This document shows positions 13,139-25,060 of a stretch of DNA of 64,000 bases, in pieces (positions within the stretch are counted from its first letter, which is position 1; each line of letters opens with the position of its first letter). The DNA is taken from the NCBI RefSeq assembly GCF_036321535.1, contig NC_087436.1:9548001-9612000 (forward strand). The letters are read 5' to 3'. This DNA is from Camelus dromedarius (lineage: Eukaryota). Under the pieces are notes generated by a model. The model did not search any database. It was not told the origin of the DNA and worked only from the letters and a program-made list of their open reading frames with translations. Position numbers and translations under genes: made by a program.

Positions 13139-13252
13139 GGGGGACGGTAGAGCTCAGTGGTAGTGTGTGCTTAGCATCCATTAGAAAAATAAATGAACCT
13201 AATTATCTTTTCCCCCTGACAAAAAAAAAAAAAAAGAAAGAAAGAAAAAGAA
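13139..13252 (+). mobile_element. vic-1-type SINE lacking the B-box region
   Basis: ggggacggtagagctcagtggtagtgtgtgcttagcat|ccattagaaaaataaatgaacctaattatc plus poly(A)/(GAAA)n tail. Confidence 0.85.
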
Positions 13253-13599
13253 AGAGTTTGGTGTTAGTAAAATTGTTGACGTAGGTAGCTCTTGTTTTTG
13301 AAACTTGAAACTGTTTTTATGTATTTTGCCTATGCCATTGCTATCATGCGTGGAAACTTGATGTGTCTATTCCTGATTCCATGTCCTTTTATTTTACTTT
13401 TGAGTGGTAATTTTGGCTTCTCCAGCGTTGAGACTGCATTGTGAGACTAGTGCCTATTTACCTGAAAAACAGAGGGGTAGCAGTGTGTTCTCGTAGGTTA
13501 GTAGTTGCCCTGTAACATAAACAGTAACCTCTGATAAAGATTCAGGCTCATGAGGACATCTCCAACCTCTCAAAAATGAGCAGTACCTTTGAAAGATCT

Positions 13600-13990
13600 G
13601 TATTTAAATAACTATGCTAATAGTCAAAGGAAAACTGAACATCTTGTAAAGAAGGGATATTGACAAATTTTCTTCTGAACATTCATTTCAAGGGATGTTT
13701 TTGTAGCAAATAACTTTCTACAAATTGCTTTCTCCATCCAAGGCAGAGGGCAGAGCAGTATCTTGACCAGCACAACGTATATAGAATGTCTCCCTCTGGG
13801 ATCAAGGAAGGTTGACCAGCAGCCCCTTTATAAGTTCAGAAGGTTTCCTCATCTGAAGGTCCCCAGCTGTGACACAAACCTTCCTGAGTACACAGCATCC
13901 ATTGGTACCATTTTACATCATACATATGAGGATCTGAAGATCATACCTTTTTTAAGGGCTTATGACTCAATATTCAATGAAGTCCACAGC
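13600..13990 (+). mobile_element. ERVL-type LTR fragment (MER21/MER68/MER77-like)
   Basis: gaatgtctccctctgggatcaagg...ttataagttcagaaggtttcctcatctgaaggtccccagctgtgacacaaacc. Confidence 0.55.
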
Positions 13991-15756
13991 ATACTGTCCT
14001 ATGCAAATGATTTCTAGAGACCCGGACCCACACCTTATTTATACTAAACCAACAGCATTTCTTTTAACACTCAAAAGCTAGTCTTGAGTTCCAGGTATAA
14101 TAATATATGACTTGATTCTGTGAGTATGACTCTATAGCCATGGAACATTTTTGAAATTTAAAGTCAAAGTCTCACGATAAATGATCATATAAGGCAGACT
14201 TTCCATAAACTGAGTAAAAAGCAATCTCATTTTTAAAACCTAGTGAATGTGACATCTCTGAGTTTAATCTCACCCAGCAGAAAAAAAAAATAAAAGATTT
14301 ATTTACCTTCTGTGCCTACTTTAATGGAATGGGTGAGTTTGAAAGCAGCTCAAGAATTATAAAGTTGAATTACTTACAATCACTTTATTAAATAAATGCC
14401 TTGCAAAGTGAAAGGTAGCCTTGATGAACATAACTATTCTGAAGAGCACTTTAATCAAAAGCCATTTGATGGAAAACACTCAAGGGAAGGAGAAAGAGAT
14501 TTTGATGGAAAATCACAAATCACATTATTCAGCACCATGGCAAGGAGAGAATGCCACAAGAATATCGTCAATAAATCAACTCTCTTTTATTATGTAGAAC
14601 AGAGAGATTATAACATTGCTCCACATAGAAAATATTGGATGAGGTTGAACCTGAATTTTGTAAAAGTTTAGGTATGTGTTAACATTTTTAATAAGCAAAA
14701 GCCTATGGCACAAGTTTCCTCTTCTCATTATGAGATAGAAAGTCATGATAACGTGTCTCCACCCCAACAGTAAAAGCAGGCTGGATAAGGACAAAAAAAT
14801 ACATCGTTGTTAAAGGCCATTCAAGACGTAAAGGAAAAAAAAAAAACAATCTACAAATCCAAATTCCAGACATCATCTAGCTTCTTTGGAGAGACGAGAT
14901 TAAGGACTGAGTTCATCCCTGGTGGTCCAGCGGGAGGAGACACCTACCACACACAGGCAAGAGGATGAAGCAGCTGAAGGTTTGGGGGGCTTATGCTGTC
15001 CTTATCTGGGCTGGGGAGTCACAGCCGCAAGGTGAGTCTGAACACAAGGTTTTGTGCTGAGTGTGTAGGTTCTTTTGTAGAATGTTATCAGGGGATTTAA
15101 GACATAACCGTTTTTGAAAGGCATCCTCTCCCTAAATACAAGACAGCTGGCCCTTTGGGGAGGGCTGGGGAGGACCTAGAGAAATCCCTCTAAGACATTT
15201 GGAACATTCTGAACAGACTCTACAGGCCTCCAAAGGCTGAACAATAATCAGGAGAACTCAAAGAATTTCCTCTGGGGCTTTCCGCGTCTTCACTGAGTGG
15301 ACTACGGCAGTCGCCTGAAAGCTGAAGCAAGGAGATGTGACATGATTGGGCCAAAGCCATATTCTGCATGTGCACTTGAGCCACCACCAAATCCATCCTC
15401 TCTTGCCTGAGTTTAGATTAATTACACAACTTCGAAACTTTGATTCCTTCAGAAAACCAGATATTTATAGTCAGAATCATATAAGAGGTCAATCATGTTG
15501 AACCCTTAATGACGGTAATATAATGCCAACATTTAGAAAGCTACCTTGATGTTAGATTTTACCTTGGCTGTGAATTGCCACTGTGCACACTTTTACGGCT
15601 TGGCAGGTCAGGGAGCACACAGTTCTTATGGACTGTTATGTGTCATTTGACAGCCCACGATTTTTCATTTAATTTGTCAGGAATGCTCCTATGATAGGAG
15701 CATTTGGGTTTTTGGTTTATGGTTCTACATCTTTTGGTTTATGGTTCTACATAGGG

Positions 15757-17657
15757 CTTTTGGTTTATGGTTCTACATCTAAAGATCTTGGAAATTGTCA
15801 TTCCTATGCTCAGAGAAAAATTTTTGAGAAGCTGAACAAATTGAAAATCAACAACCCTTCTTAGATTCATGAAAGATGTCAAGTCACAGGGCAATCTGCT
15901 GCCCCTGAAACCAAAAAGACACACAGGGAGATACAGAGCAGCAAAACTCACTAGGAACAGAAACCAAGGAGCAGAAGTCTGCTGCTGGAACCAGTACTGG
16001 TAGGAACACTTTAAACAGTAATTGACAAATTACTGGAGGCTCGGTGTGCATGAACTTGAGATAAATACCCTGAGCATGCTCAGTCAGTGGGAAAGGGCAC
16101 ACTCTTGTGAGTTTTATCTCTGGGAGCTCTACCAGGTTTTTACCATAAACATTGGAGAAAAATCTCATGCTTCAGGCAGCAGTAAGGAAAAGTAACCATT
16201 CAGAAGTATGTCCATAGCTTTCCATCCTCCTTAGTAATGACTGCTTTCAAGGCTTTATTAAGGCAACTATTTTACCAGAGTCTAATCACTAGGGTTTTTT
16301 TCCAAGGCATAACCAACCCAAGGGAAGGAAAATTCCCAACTTCAGTCACCTTTAGCCTTTGACAGCATGGGGTGGGGGGAGCTTAATGAAAGACTGAGAC
16401 CTAACCACAGGAATATAGAATGATTCCTCCCCCAACACTTGATCAGCACATCAATAATGCTGCTGTATGATCAAGGGATTAAAGCTGAGAGCACTGCAAC
16501 CCTCAGATTCTATTTAAAGAAAGAGTGTCTAGAGACCCAAAGAAAATAGAGAAAACAAAACAAAGGCATTAGAAGAAATTGCATTCGCTGACAGCTACAG
16601 CTACCACAAAGATGAACCCTGAGCTAGGTAAATATAAAACCTCATACTAAAGACCTAGCGATCTCAGACACTTTAATCCTGTACATTATGTCTGACTATT
16701 GACAAAAGCTTCAAGGTATTCTAAAAGGCAAAAAACATGGTCTGAAGAGACAAAGCAAGCATCAGAAACAGAGTCTGATATAGCAGAGATTTTGGAATTA
16801 TCAGACCAGAAATTTTAAATAACTATGATTTAGTATAGTAATGGGTAGTGCAAGCAGAGAAATGGAAACTCTAAGAAAGAATTTTTAAAATGTTATGAAT
16901 TAGAAACACCATAGCAGAAGTTAAGAATGTCTTTTATGGGATCATCAGTATGTTACAGGAAAACATGGGGGGAGCATGAGAGAATGGCCATGTCCCAGGT
17001 CTCAGTTGAGTCCCTGGAACATGCCCTGTTGAGTGAGGGTCCTTGGCTTCATGCAGAAAAGAATTCAAGTGTGAGTCATAGTTGGGTAAAGGTATATTTA
17101 TTTAGAGAGGAGTGCACTCCATAAACAGAGTACAGGCCACCTCAGAAGGTAAGAGAAAGGCCAAGAAGTGTGTTATTGGATGTTTAGTTTAAGGTGAAAA
17201 TAGATATACACTCCAGAGACAGAGTGTGGGCCTTCTCAGAAGGAGAGGGAGCAACAGAGGCCACGAGGCATGGCGTTGCTAGTTTTTATATGCTTACAAG
17301 TGAGAGGATTATTCCAACTACTTTGGGGGATGGGTGTGTATCCCCTGGAATTGGGCCACTGCCCTCTTTTTGACCTTTCCTGGTCAGCCTCAGAACTGTC
17401 ATGGCACCTGCACACCTGCAGGTGTGTCATTCATCATGCTAATACATTACAATGTGTATAATGAAGCTCAAGGTCTACTGGAGGTTGAATCTCCTGCCAT
17501 CTTGGTTCTCAAGATCTCCTAGAAATTGACTTCTCTGCCATCTTGATGATAATAGCTGGGTCATTCCTTTAATGGCTGTGCCCTGCCCCCTTCCTTCCCG
17601 TCTCAAGTAGACTGGACATGACAGAGGAAAGAATCAGTGAGCTTGAAGATAAGTCAA
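15757..17657 (+). mobile_element. Old L1 (L1MD-like) 5' end into ORF1, interrupted by an LTR
   Basis: aagctgaacaaattgaaaatcaacaacccttcttagattc...; ORF1 text is continuous across the LTR: catcagta|gactggacatgacagaggaaagaatcagtgagcttgaagata. Confidence 0.8.
16951..17605 (-). mobile_element. ERV1 solo LTR, MER41-like (cetartiodactyl)
   Basis: TG...CA termini (tgttacagg...ccgtctca); 4-bp TSD agta at 16947-16950 and 17606-17609; MER41-like motifs gcagaaaagaattcaag, aactgtcatggc, gccatcttgg; homologous to 26240-26754. Confidence 0.9.
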
Positions 17658-18129
17658 ATGAGTCATATTCATATGAAAGGGGCATGGCTTTGCTCTTAAT
17701 TCCATGGAAACTTTCCAGAGACTCTGTGGAACATGCCCATTTGCAAAGACCCTCTATCAGCTAGATCTTTCCCTCAAGTTCAGAGAAGCTTGCACTGCAC
17801 CTTGAATACGCTGAACAGCCTTCGCTTACTCTGCATCACATTCAAAACGTATAGTCTTCTGGGTTATTTGATAAATAGGTCAGAGCAACACACTTCAGTG
17901 ATGCTTCTAGAATCCAAAGAAGCTAAGCAAGCATTGTGCTTCATTCTTAAAGACAAAGTGTTCACTGTATATTAACACATCTGCCCGGAAGGGATGTAAC
18001 TCTGAATCCTACAAAGTTCTCCATTGTTGCAAGCTCCCAAATTTTGTGAGTTTATTTTCCATCCTCTGACACATCTTTCTAAGGCATCTAAGATACCTGC
18101 TATTCCTGTGTGCAATAGTGAATACCTGG

Positions 18130-18800
18130 CAGACCATCATTTAAGCTTTTAATGAAGTCATAACAATTGTACCAGTATGATATTCACATAGAGATTGGCA
18201 TATAGACCGATTAAACAGAATTCATAATTTTTTAAGGGAAGCATATACTTTGGATAATTGGTATAAGATTCTTCCAATTTGTGGAAAATAATGGATCATT
18301 CACTAAATACAAGAAAGATAACTGGGGAAATGTTAGGTTCAGACTTCAAAGATATACAAATTTCACATAAATTGTACTCCCAAGTATGACAAACAAAATT
18401 TTTAACTTTTAGAAGAAAAGTAAAATATTATTATCATAGTAGAATAGGACATAGAAACACAAATAAAATGGAAATCTCTACTGATTCTATCTCTAAATCT
18501 CTATTGATTACTTTAAATTAAAAAGGAAAGACCTCTATACAATAAAAGACCTTACTTAAAGTTAAAATACTACAGTCTGATTGCATTTGCAAAAATAAAT
18601 TTAAAATTTGGCAATACCATATATTGGTGAGGATGTGAGAAAATGTAAAAACTACTTCATTGGTGATAGAAGAATGAATGAAAAACTTGCAAATGGCTCA
18701 TGAACCATAATAACGTCCAAGACAATATAATATATTGCTATAAATATATCTTCACATGCATGGGATGAAACAGAGAAATTTGCATTGTCAGGTGAGGAAT
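18130..18800 (+). mobile_element. Old L1 (L1ME-like) ORF2 3' fragments
   Basis: atagaccgattaaacagaa..., caataccatatattggtgaggatgtgagaaa. Confidence 0.6.
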
Positions 18801-19109
18801 GACACAATAAAAAATGGAAGAGGTAATGAGTTAAAGCTCTATGCTGCATTTTATACCCTTTATATTCTTAAAAATATGGTAAGTACTATGGATGAAAATC
18901 GTATTGGTGCTTTTTATACGTCAGATGCTTTTTGGTACACTTAAAATATTTAATAACTAAATGTTAATTTATATGCAGCAGGATTGTACGTTAGAGAACA
19001 CTGCCACAGTGTTCCTGATATAGCTATTTTCTGACTGCTTTCCCAATTAATAGGCTGTAACCAGGGCATCCTGAAAACACAGAGCACCTACTAGGGAATG
19101 AAAGAAATA

Positions 19110-19590
19110 ATCAGACAAGTAACTTACCTTGAACACTTTACTTAAGTTTCTGATCCAGTTTCCCCAACTGTATGTTTGTTTGTTTGTTTTTGGAGAGGGC
19201 AGGGAATTAGGTTTATTTATGTATTTATTTATTTTGAAGGAGGTACTAGGGATTGAACTCAGAACCTTGTGCGTGCTAAGCACACACTCTACCACTGAGA
19301 TATACCCTCCACCCCTCTCCAACTGTAAATTAGCAAAAGCAACTACTGTTGTCACCGGGATAAACAAGAGAGCACACGCAGAGGACTTGGCATGGATTGG
19401 ATGTATAATAGCCATTAATCACCTCTCTCAGTATTAAGGCTTTACTGCTTATATGTGTATACATCTTCAATAAAAGCATGAGGGTTTTCTTCAACTACAA
19501 AACAGGGATTTAATTACACTTACCACAAAGGGCTAATGTAAGTCACTCAGAATAGTGCTGGCGGTGTATAACTACACAATAAAAGGTTTA
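19110..19590 (+). mobile_element. MIR fragments, the first split by a SINE
   Basis: ttacttaagtttctgatccagtttccccaactgta|aattagc...gggataaacaagag...; a second MIR-like segment at about 19440-19590. Confidence 0.6.
19173..19315 (-). mobile_element. Full-length vic-1-type SINE
   Basis: Reverse complement ggggtggagggtatatctcagtggtagagtgtgtgcttagcacgcacaaggttctgagttcaatccctagtacctcc...; B box GTTCAATCC intact; TSD tc(c/t)ccaactgta at 19161-19172 and 19316-19327. Confidence 0.93.
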
Positions 19591-19719
19591 TTTCATGAAA
19601 CTGACTCGTGATAAATTTCATGAAATCATAAATTGGTTTCATGTCATAAATCTGATCTCACGTGATGAACCACATTTCATGTGATTTATATATCACATAT
19701 ACTATGAGGATGTTAAAAA

Positions 19720-21500
19720 ATGAATAGTCATGAAAATTTATGAAACAGAACATTACAAAAACTTTTTAAAGTCACCAATGTGTCCATTCCAGTTGCTACA
19801 GTCCTCATCTTTCTCCTTCAGTAACCAGTGTCCTAAATTTTGTCTTAACTACTTTTTTATGTTTCTTTAAAGATTCTCCACAGTTAGACGTCCTGAAAGA
19901 ATGTATCACTTGGTTTGACATATTTGTTAACCTTGACATAAAGGGAGTCATACATACTATCACCTATTCTTCGTGACCTGATTTTATCAGTCAAGGTAGT
20001 TTATGCCACCCTTGGAGGCATATATAAGGATATTTATTGTCTGTGCTTTGTGTTCTGTCATGATAAGATGATAAAACTACGTATCCACTCTATTTTGGTT
20101 GATACTAGAGTTGGCTCCAGTTTTGTGTTATTTCTAACCATTCTGCTATGAATTTTTCAGTTCACATCTCTTGGTGCATACATGCACTAGTTCTTAAAAG
20201 GCAGGGCTGGCAAATTTTCTTTAAAGGGCCAGATAATTACCAGTTTAGGCTTTGTGAGCCATGTGGTCTCTGCTGCAACTACTCAATTCAGCCATGGTAA
20301 GACAAAGGGAACCCTAAATAACATGTAAATGAATGGGCGTGGCTGTGTCTTATTAAAATTTTATTTATTCAAAGAAGCAGATGGATTTGCCTGGAAGGAG
20401 TCCTGCTCTAGTGCGTGAGAGGTGGATTGGAATTGTTGATTTAGAGTGCACGTGTATCTCCACTTTATTGCTTAAGGACAACTTTTCCAAAGTATTCTAC
20501 CAATTTACAACCACACCAACAGCATGAGAGAGACCTCGTTGTTTCACATTGTCACCAGTCCTTTTACTTTTTATTAAATAAAAATGTATTTAATTTTATT
20601 AATTGAAATTCATTCAATTAAAATATTTTCCCTCAAGTGGATTTGAAACGGTTATATTGTGGTTTTATTTGCATATTTATGACTATTAATCAGGCCAGTC
20701 ATATTTCCATATGTTGATTTGCCATTATAATCCCTCTCCCACAGAAAGTCCATTTCTGTCATCTGACTACTTTTATGCAGGAGTGCTTTTTTCTTAACCA
20801 GGCACAGGATTACATATTAAAGGTACTACTTTTTAGTGATTAAATCTGTTACAAATTTCTTTTTCATGTTTGTACCTTGTGTTTTCATTCTTTATGGATT
20901 CTCCTAAGAAATGCATTTATTTCATTCTAATATGGGTAAATTTATCAGTCTTCCCTGGATGGTTTGTGAGTTTGTGTGTACCATGTTTAAGAGAATTTCT
21001 CTATTCAAGTTAATTATATATATCTTTTATATTTTCTTCTAAATTGATGGACATTTTTGTGTATGGCTTAAAGAAGTTTAATTATGCATTGTGCTTAATC
21101 AATATCCAAGGAATACCTAATAAATTCACCACTTTTCCTTTAAGCTACAATACCATATCAAAATTCTATAGACTTGTGGGTCTTTTTATAAACTTTCTAT
21201 TGTGCTTGATTAGTCTGTTTATCTACTTCACAGACTGGACTCCAATATTTTAATTACTACTCTTTTATAATACACTTTGAAGTCCACTAAGGTATAATTA
21301 TTCATTCTTGTTCTATTTCTTGAAAATTATATCATCTATTCTTTAATCCTTACACTTCTAGATAACTGTATAATCATCTCTTCAAATTTTATGAAAAATA
21401 ATACAACTGTGGGGTTCAAGAGGAATTGCACTCAGTCTATGAACTAGCTTAAATATAGTTCATATCTTCTAATATTGTATTTCCATCCATCCATAAAAAA
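19720..21500 (-). mobile_element. Old L1 (L1ME-like) 3' UTR and ORF2 end
   Basis: Antisense L1 text (gttggctccagttttgtg...ctgctatgaat..., ggaattgcactcagtctat). Confidence 0.65.
20202..20405 (+). mobile_element. MER58A-like hAT-Charlie DNA transposon (MITE)
   Basis: cagggctggcaaattttctttaaagggcccagata...tttaggctttgtgagccatgtggtctctgctgcaactactcaa...aatgaatgggcgtggctgtg. Confidence 0.85.
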
Positions 21501-21931
21501 AATGAAATTTTGACATGTTTTAAAGGAATCAGTTGGGTGTCTGGTGTAGGAAAGAGACAAGAGTGGAGTCAGGGGGACCAGCCTGGAACTCCTGCAGTAT
21601 TATAGCTCGAAGTGTGTGGGGATAGAATAGGGCATCTCCCTCAAGATGTCAGTGTCCTAATCCCTGAGAGCGGTGTATATGTTACCCTACAAGGCAAAGG
21701 GACTTTGCAAAAGAGGTCAAGGATCTTGACATGGGTAAAATATACTGGGTTATCCAAGTGTGCTCAAGGTAATTGCAAGTGTCCTTTTAAGAAAGAGGCA
21801 GAGGTGTCAGAATGAGAGAAGGAAATGTAACAATAATAGCAGAGGTCAGAGAGAATGATACTTGAAGATGCTATGATGCTGACTTTGAAGATGGAAGAAG
21901 GGTGGGCCCCTAATCCAAAGAAAATAGATAG

Positions 21932-22469
21932 TGTTGCAGCAAAGTTTGTAGCAGCTCAGTGTTACAGCTCAGTTGTGACAGCAACATGGATCCAGGCAAG
22001 AGACCAAGCAGCACTCAGAGTGTTGGAGAACTCAGGTTTATTATGCCAGTTGGCCCAGAGGAGTTAACGCTCCAAGCTCTAGACCCCATCTGTATGTTTA
22101 CACAGGCTTTTATAGGCTACCAGTCTAGACTTTGCAACATTTTGCAACATCATATGCAAGTGAAGCATAATAAAGGTGACTAATTAGGAACAAGCTTTGT
22201 AGAAATGGACCAATCAGGAGTGAGGGAAACGGATCAATCAGGAGTGAGAGAAATGGACCAATTAGGAGTGAGAGAAATGGACCAATCAGGACTTAGCTCA
22301 GGGAACCAATAGAATCTTAGGGGTAAGTTCCACTTTCCTGAAGTAAGCTGTTTCAGAGTTTAAAAAGCAAGATAATGCCGCTGGGCCAGGGAACTGAATG
22401 GTGCTAGCAGGAGGGTAGAGGCCCTGCCCTGGGGGTACTGCCGTCTTTTTCATGATGCTTCCCACCTGA
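21932..22469 (-). mobile_element. Lineage-specific ERV solo LTR with tandem CCAAT repeats
   Basis: Starts tgttgcagc; TSD atag at 21928-21931 and 22470-22473; antisense polyA signal (tttatt near 22037) and TATA (ttttata near 22108); 24-bp repeats at 22201-22291. Confidence 0.85.
22201..22291. repeat. 24-bp tandem repeat, about 3.8 copies
   Basis: Unit agaaatggaccaatcaggagtgag starting at 22201, 22225, 22249 and 22273. Confidence 0.95.
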
Positions 22470-22640
22470 ATAGCTGGAAAGGATAAGGAAAAGGATTTTC
22501 CCTCAGAGTCTCTAGAAGAAATGCAGCCCTTCTAGCACTTGGATTTTAGGACTTTTGACTGCAGAACCATCAGAGTAAACTTCAATAAAGCTGGTAGATG
22601 TATGCTGTTTATTACAGCAGCAACAGAAAACTAATTCAAA

Positions 22641-25060
22641 ATGAATGGCAACTTGGATTAGTAAGTCAGCAGTGCAAATGGTGAGAACTGGGTGAATTCA
22701 TCATAGAGCTTGAAATAAGACTCAACTATGAATTGTTTCAGTGATTCTGTAAATTATGAGAGTCATAGAAAACTGTAAGATGTAGAGCTTGAGCAACCAG
22801 AAAATTAAGACTATTATTTTTTTGATACATAATTGATCTGGAATGAGATACAGAGATAAAGAAATGAGTTTAAATCACGTTAAAGTTGAAGTGCCTGCTA
22901 GGCATCCAAATGGAAAGGTAGAATTGGCAGGTAGATTCAGGGAAGAGGGCTAGAATGAAGATACATATTTGGAGAGTCCCATGTCTAAATCCTCTAAGGA
23001 TGAATTAGATCACTCACTGGGTGGATAAACATAGAATGGACCATGGACTGGAGAGAGTTTAAAGATCAGGAATATAAAAAGGAATCACTGAAGTAGAAAA
23101 AAATAATCCCTTTAAGCCGGAGAAAATCATTTCTGGATCCTGAAATTCAAGGGGAAAAAAAATGAAAGGAGTGATCAACTGTATCCCATAGTGCTGATAA
23201 GTCAGAAAAGGTAAAAGAACAAAAAAAGGTAATGGCAACTTAAACAAGAGCTGTTCAAGTTGAGTTATGAGATTAAAAACCTAAATAGACTGAAGTAAGA
23301 GAAAACTGGATAATACAAATTGATAGCAAGAGTAGGAAACTTTTTCATGAAGTTTTCTGAAAGAAATAGGGTGGCTGAACAGAAAGGAAGGTTTTTGTTT
23401 TCACTCTAAGTTGAGATCTATTACATAATAACTTCATGCTAAAAAGAATGAGTTAGTCAAAAATTGTTGGAAAGGTGAACTTGGATAGAAAAAGGAATAG
23501 GACTTCATCACATGTGGAGAAGTCTAGCTTATATAGGAGGAGGGAAAGACACATGTGCTCAGATTTGGTGCTAAAAGTCTGTGGAAGTTTTCTACTGATA
23601 TATTTTATTTTTCCCCAGTTTTATTGAGCTATAATTGACATACAATTGTATTAGTGTAAGGTATACCACATAATGATTTGATATACGCACATACTGCAAA
23701 ACAATTAGCACAATTAGTTAACATTCATCACCTCAATTTGTTCCAGTTTTTTCCCTGGTGATAAGAACTTTTAAGATTTACTCTCTTAACAACTTCCAAC
23801 TTGTATAGGACAGTATTGTTAACTATACTTATTATGTTGCACAGTAGTTCCCCAGATTTTATTTATCTTACAACTAGAAGTCTGTAGCTTTTGACCTCTT
23901 TATCCAATTTCCCCACTCCTCAATCCCCGCCTCTGACAACCACCAATCCATTCTCTGTTTCTATGAGTTGGGTTTTCTGATTTGGTTTGGTTTATTTTAT
24001 TTTTGTAAATGAAATAGGCAGCAAGAACAACAGCTGAGTCAGGATCAAATAATGGATGCTTGAAGAAAGAGAAGGAATATAATAGTGATGTCAAATACGA
24101 TGGTTACAAAATGTGCTAAGATTGTTTGGCAGACATCCCCTGGGTAGATCTGGATGAAGACATGGCTGGGATTCTGCCAGGTTAATATGACAAAGAGAGG
24201 AAAAGTCCACAGTGCTACAGGCTCATGGAAAGGTTCACAAAATGGAGTGATAATATGTCTGGTCAATGGTATATAATCTCAATAATGAGGGAACTTGAGG
24301 ACATGAGGAAGTGGAGATGCAGTAGAATGTGGTAAGATCGATGAACTGGAGTTTCTAGGTGGATCAATGCTTGTTGGAGTGGTTAATAGGAGGTACAAGT
24401 TGGAGAAATAAGAGGAGACTGGTAGATGGATAGTAACTAACTTGGAGACTGCATTATGGAGGAAGTGCCATTATTAGTACTGATGATATTTGGGTATGAC
24501 CATAGGTATAGGTGGCAGAGGTGGTGGGAGGATGGCATTGATGGAAAGGAAATGAACAACCAATAAATTAGAATACCATGTGAATATTGAAAGCCTCAAG
24601 AATTATGACAGCAAAGATCTGAGGTCAAAGCTGCAAAGCCTTGGATATTTCAAGAGAAGAACTGGAAAAAGCTTGGAATTACCAAAGTGAAGCCAACAGA
24701 GATCTACGTACCACACCTCCAGATCCAGTGGTGTAGGGAGGCAGAGTCACATGAATGAGCTTTAGCCACCACGTGAGTGAGCCTCAGAGCAGTGTCCTCC
24801 AGAGTAGAACAGTTCTAACAAGATAGCGTGCTCACTGTCTTTGAGGGAAGCTTTGAGGGGAGATGTGACAGAGTGACAGAGCAACTGTGTCAATGAAGGG
24901 CTTTAGGTCCAGGTACTTAGTGAAAGCGTTAGTGAGAGGTGAAAAACAGGGTTGGCTTAGAATGCACTAGGATTAGCATCCTGATGAAAAGAGGGACTGG
25001 GAGACTTGGCTTGCTGTGGTGACCTATATAAATAGGGTAAAAAGCATAGTGGGAATCTCT
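22641..25060 (-). mobile_element. L2 LINE (long degraded segment)
   Basis: Purine-rich antisense L2 (gttgaagtgcctgctaggcatccaaatgga...ggcaggtagattcagggaagagg; gagtgatcaactgtatccc...). Confidence 0.75.
23600..24005 (-). mobile_element. L1MA-type 3' end inserted in L2
   Basis: ttttattgagctataattgacatac...gaacttttaagatttactctcttaacaac...caaccaccaatccattctctgtttctatgag. Confidence 0.85.

Larger units (their letters stand above)
21612..22640 (+). mobile_element. MLT1D-like solo LTR, split by an ERV1-type LTR
   Basis: aagatgtcagtgtcctaatccctgaga...ggcaaagggactttgca... resumes atagctggaaaggataaggaaaaggattttccctcagag...acagcagcaacagaaaactaat. Confidence 0.88.

Noticed and set aside
14396..14671. 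91-aa ORF in non-repeat sequence
   Set aside because: No recognisable domain, splice context or processed-pseudogene hallmarks; compatible with chance.
12811..19315. tRNA-Ala genes
   Set aside because: The tRNA-like heads continue into the SINE body and A-rich tail, with TSDs, deletions and broken stems; they are SINEs.
15710..22291. CRISPR-like arrays (21-mer x3 at 15.7 kb; 24-mer x4 at 22.2 kb)
   Set aside because: The units are tandem without unique spacers, in mammalian repeat context, and no cas genes are present.
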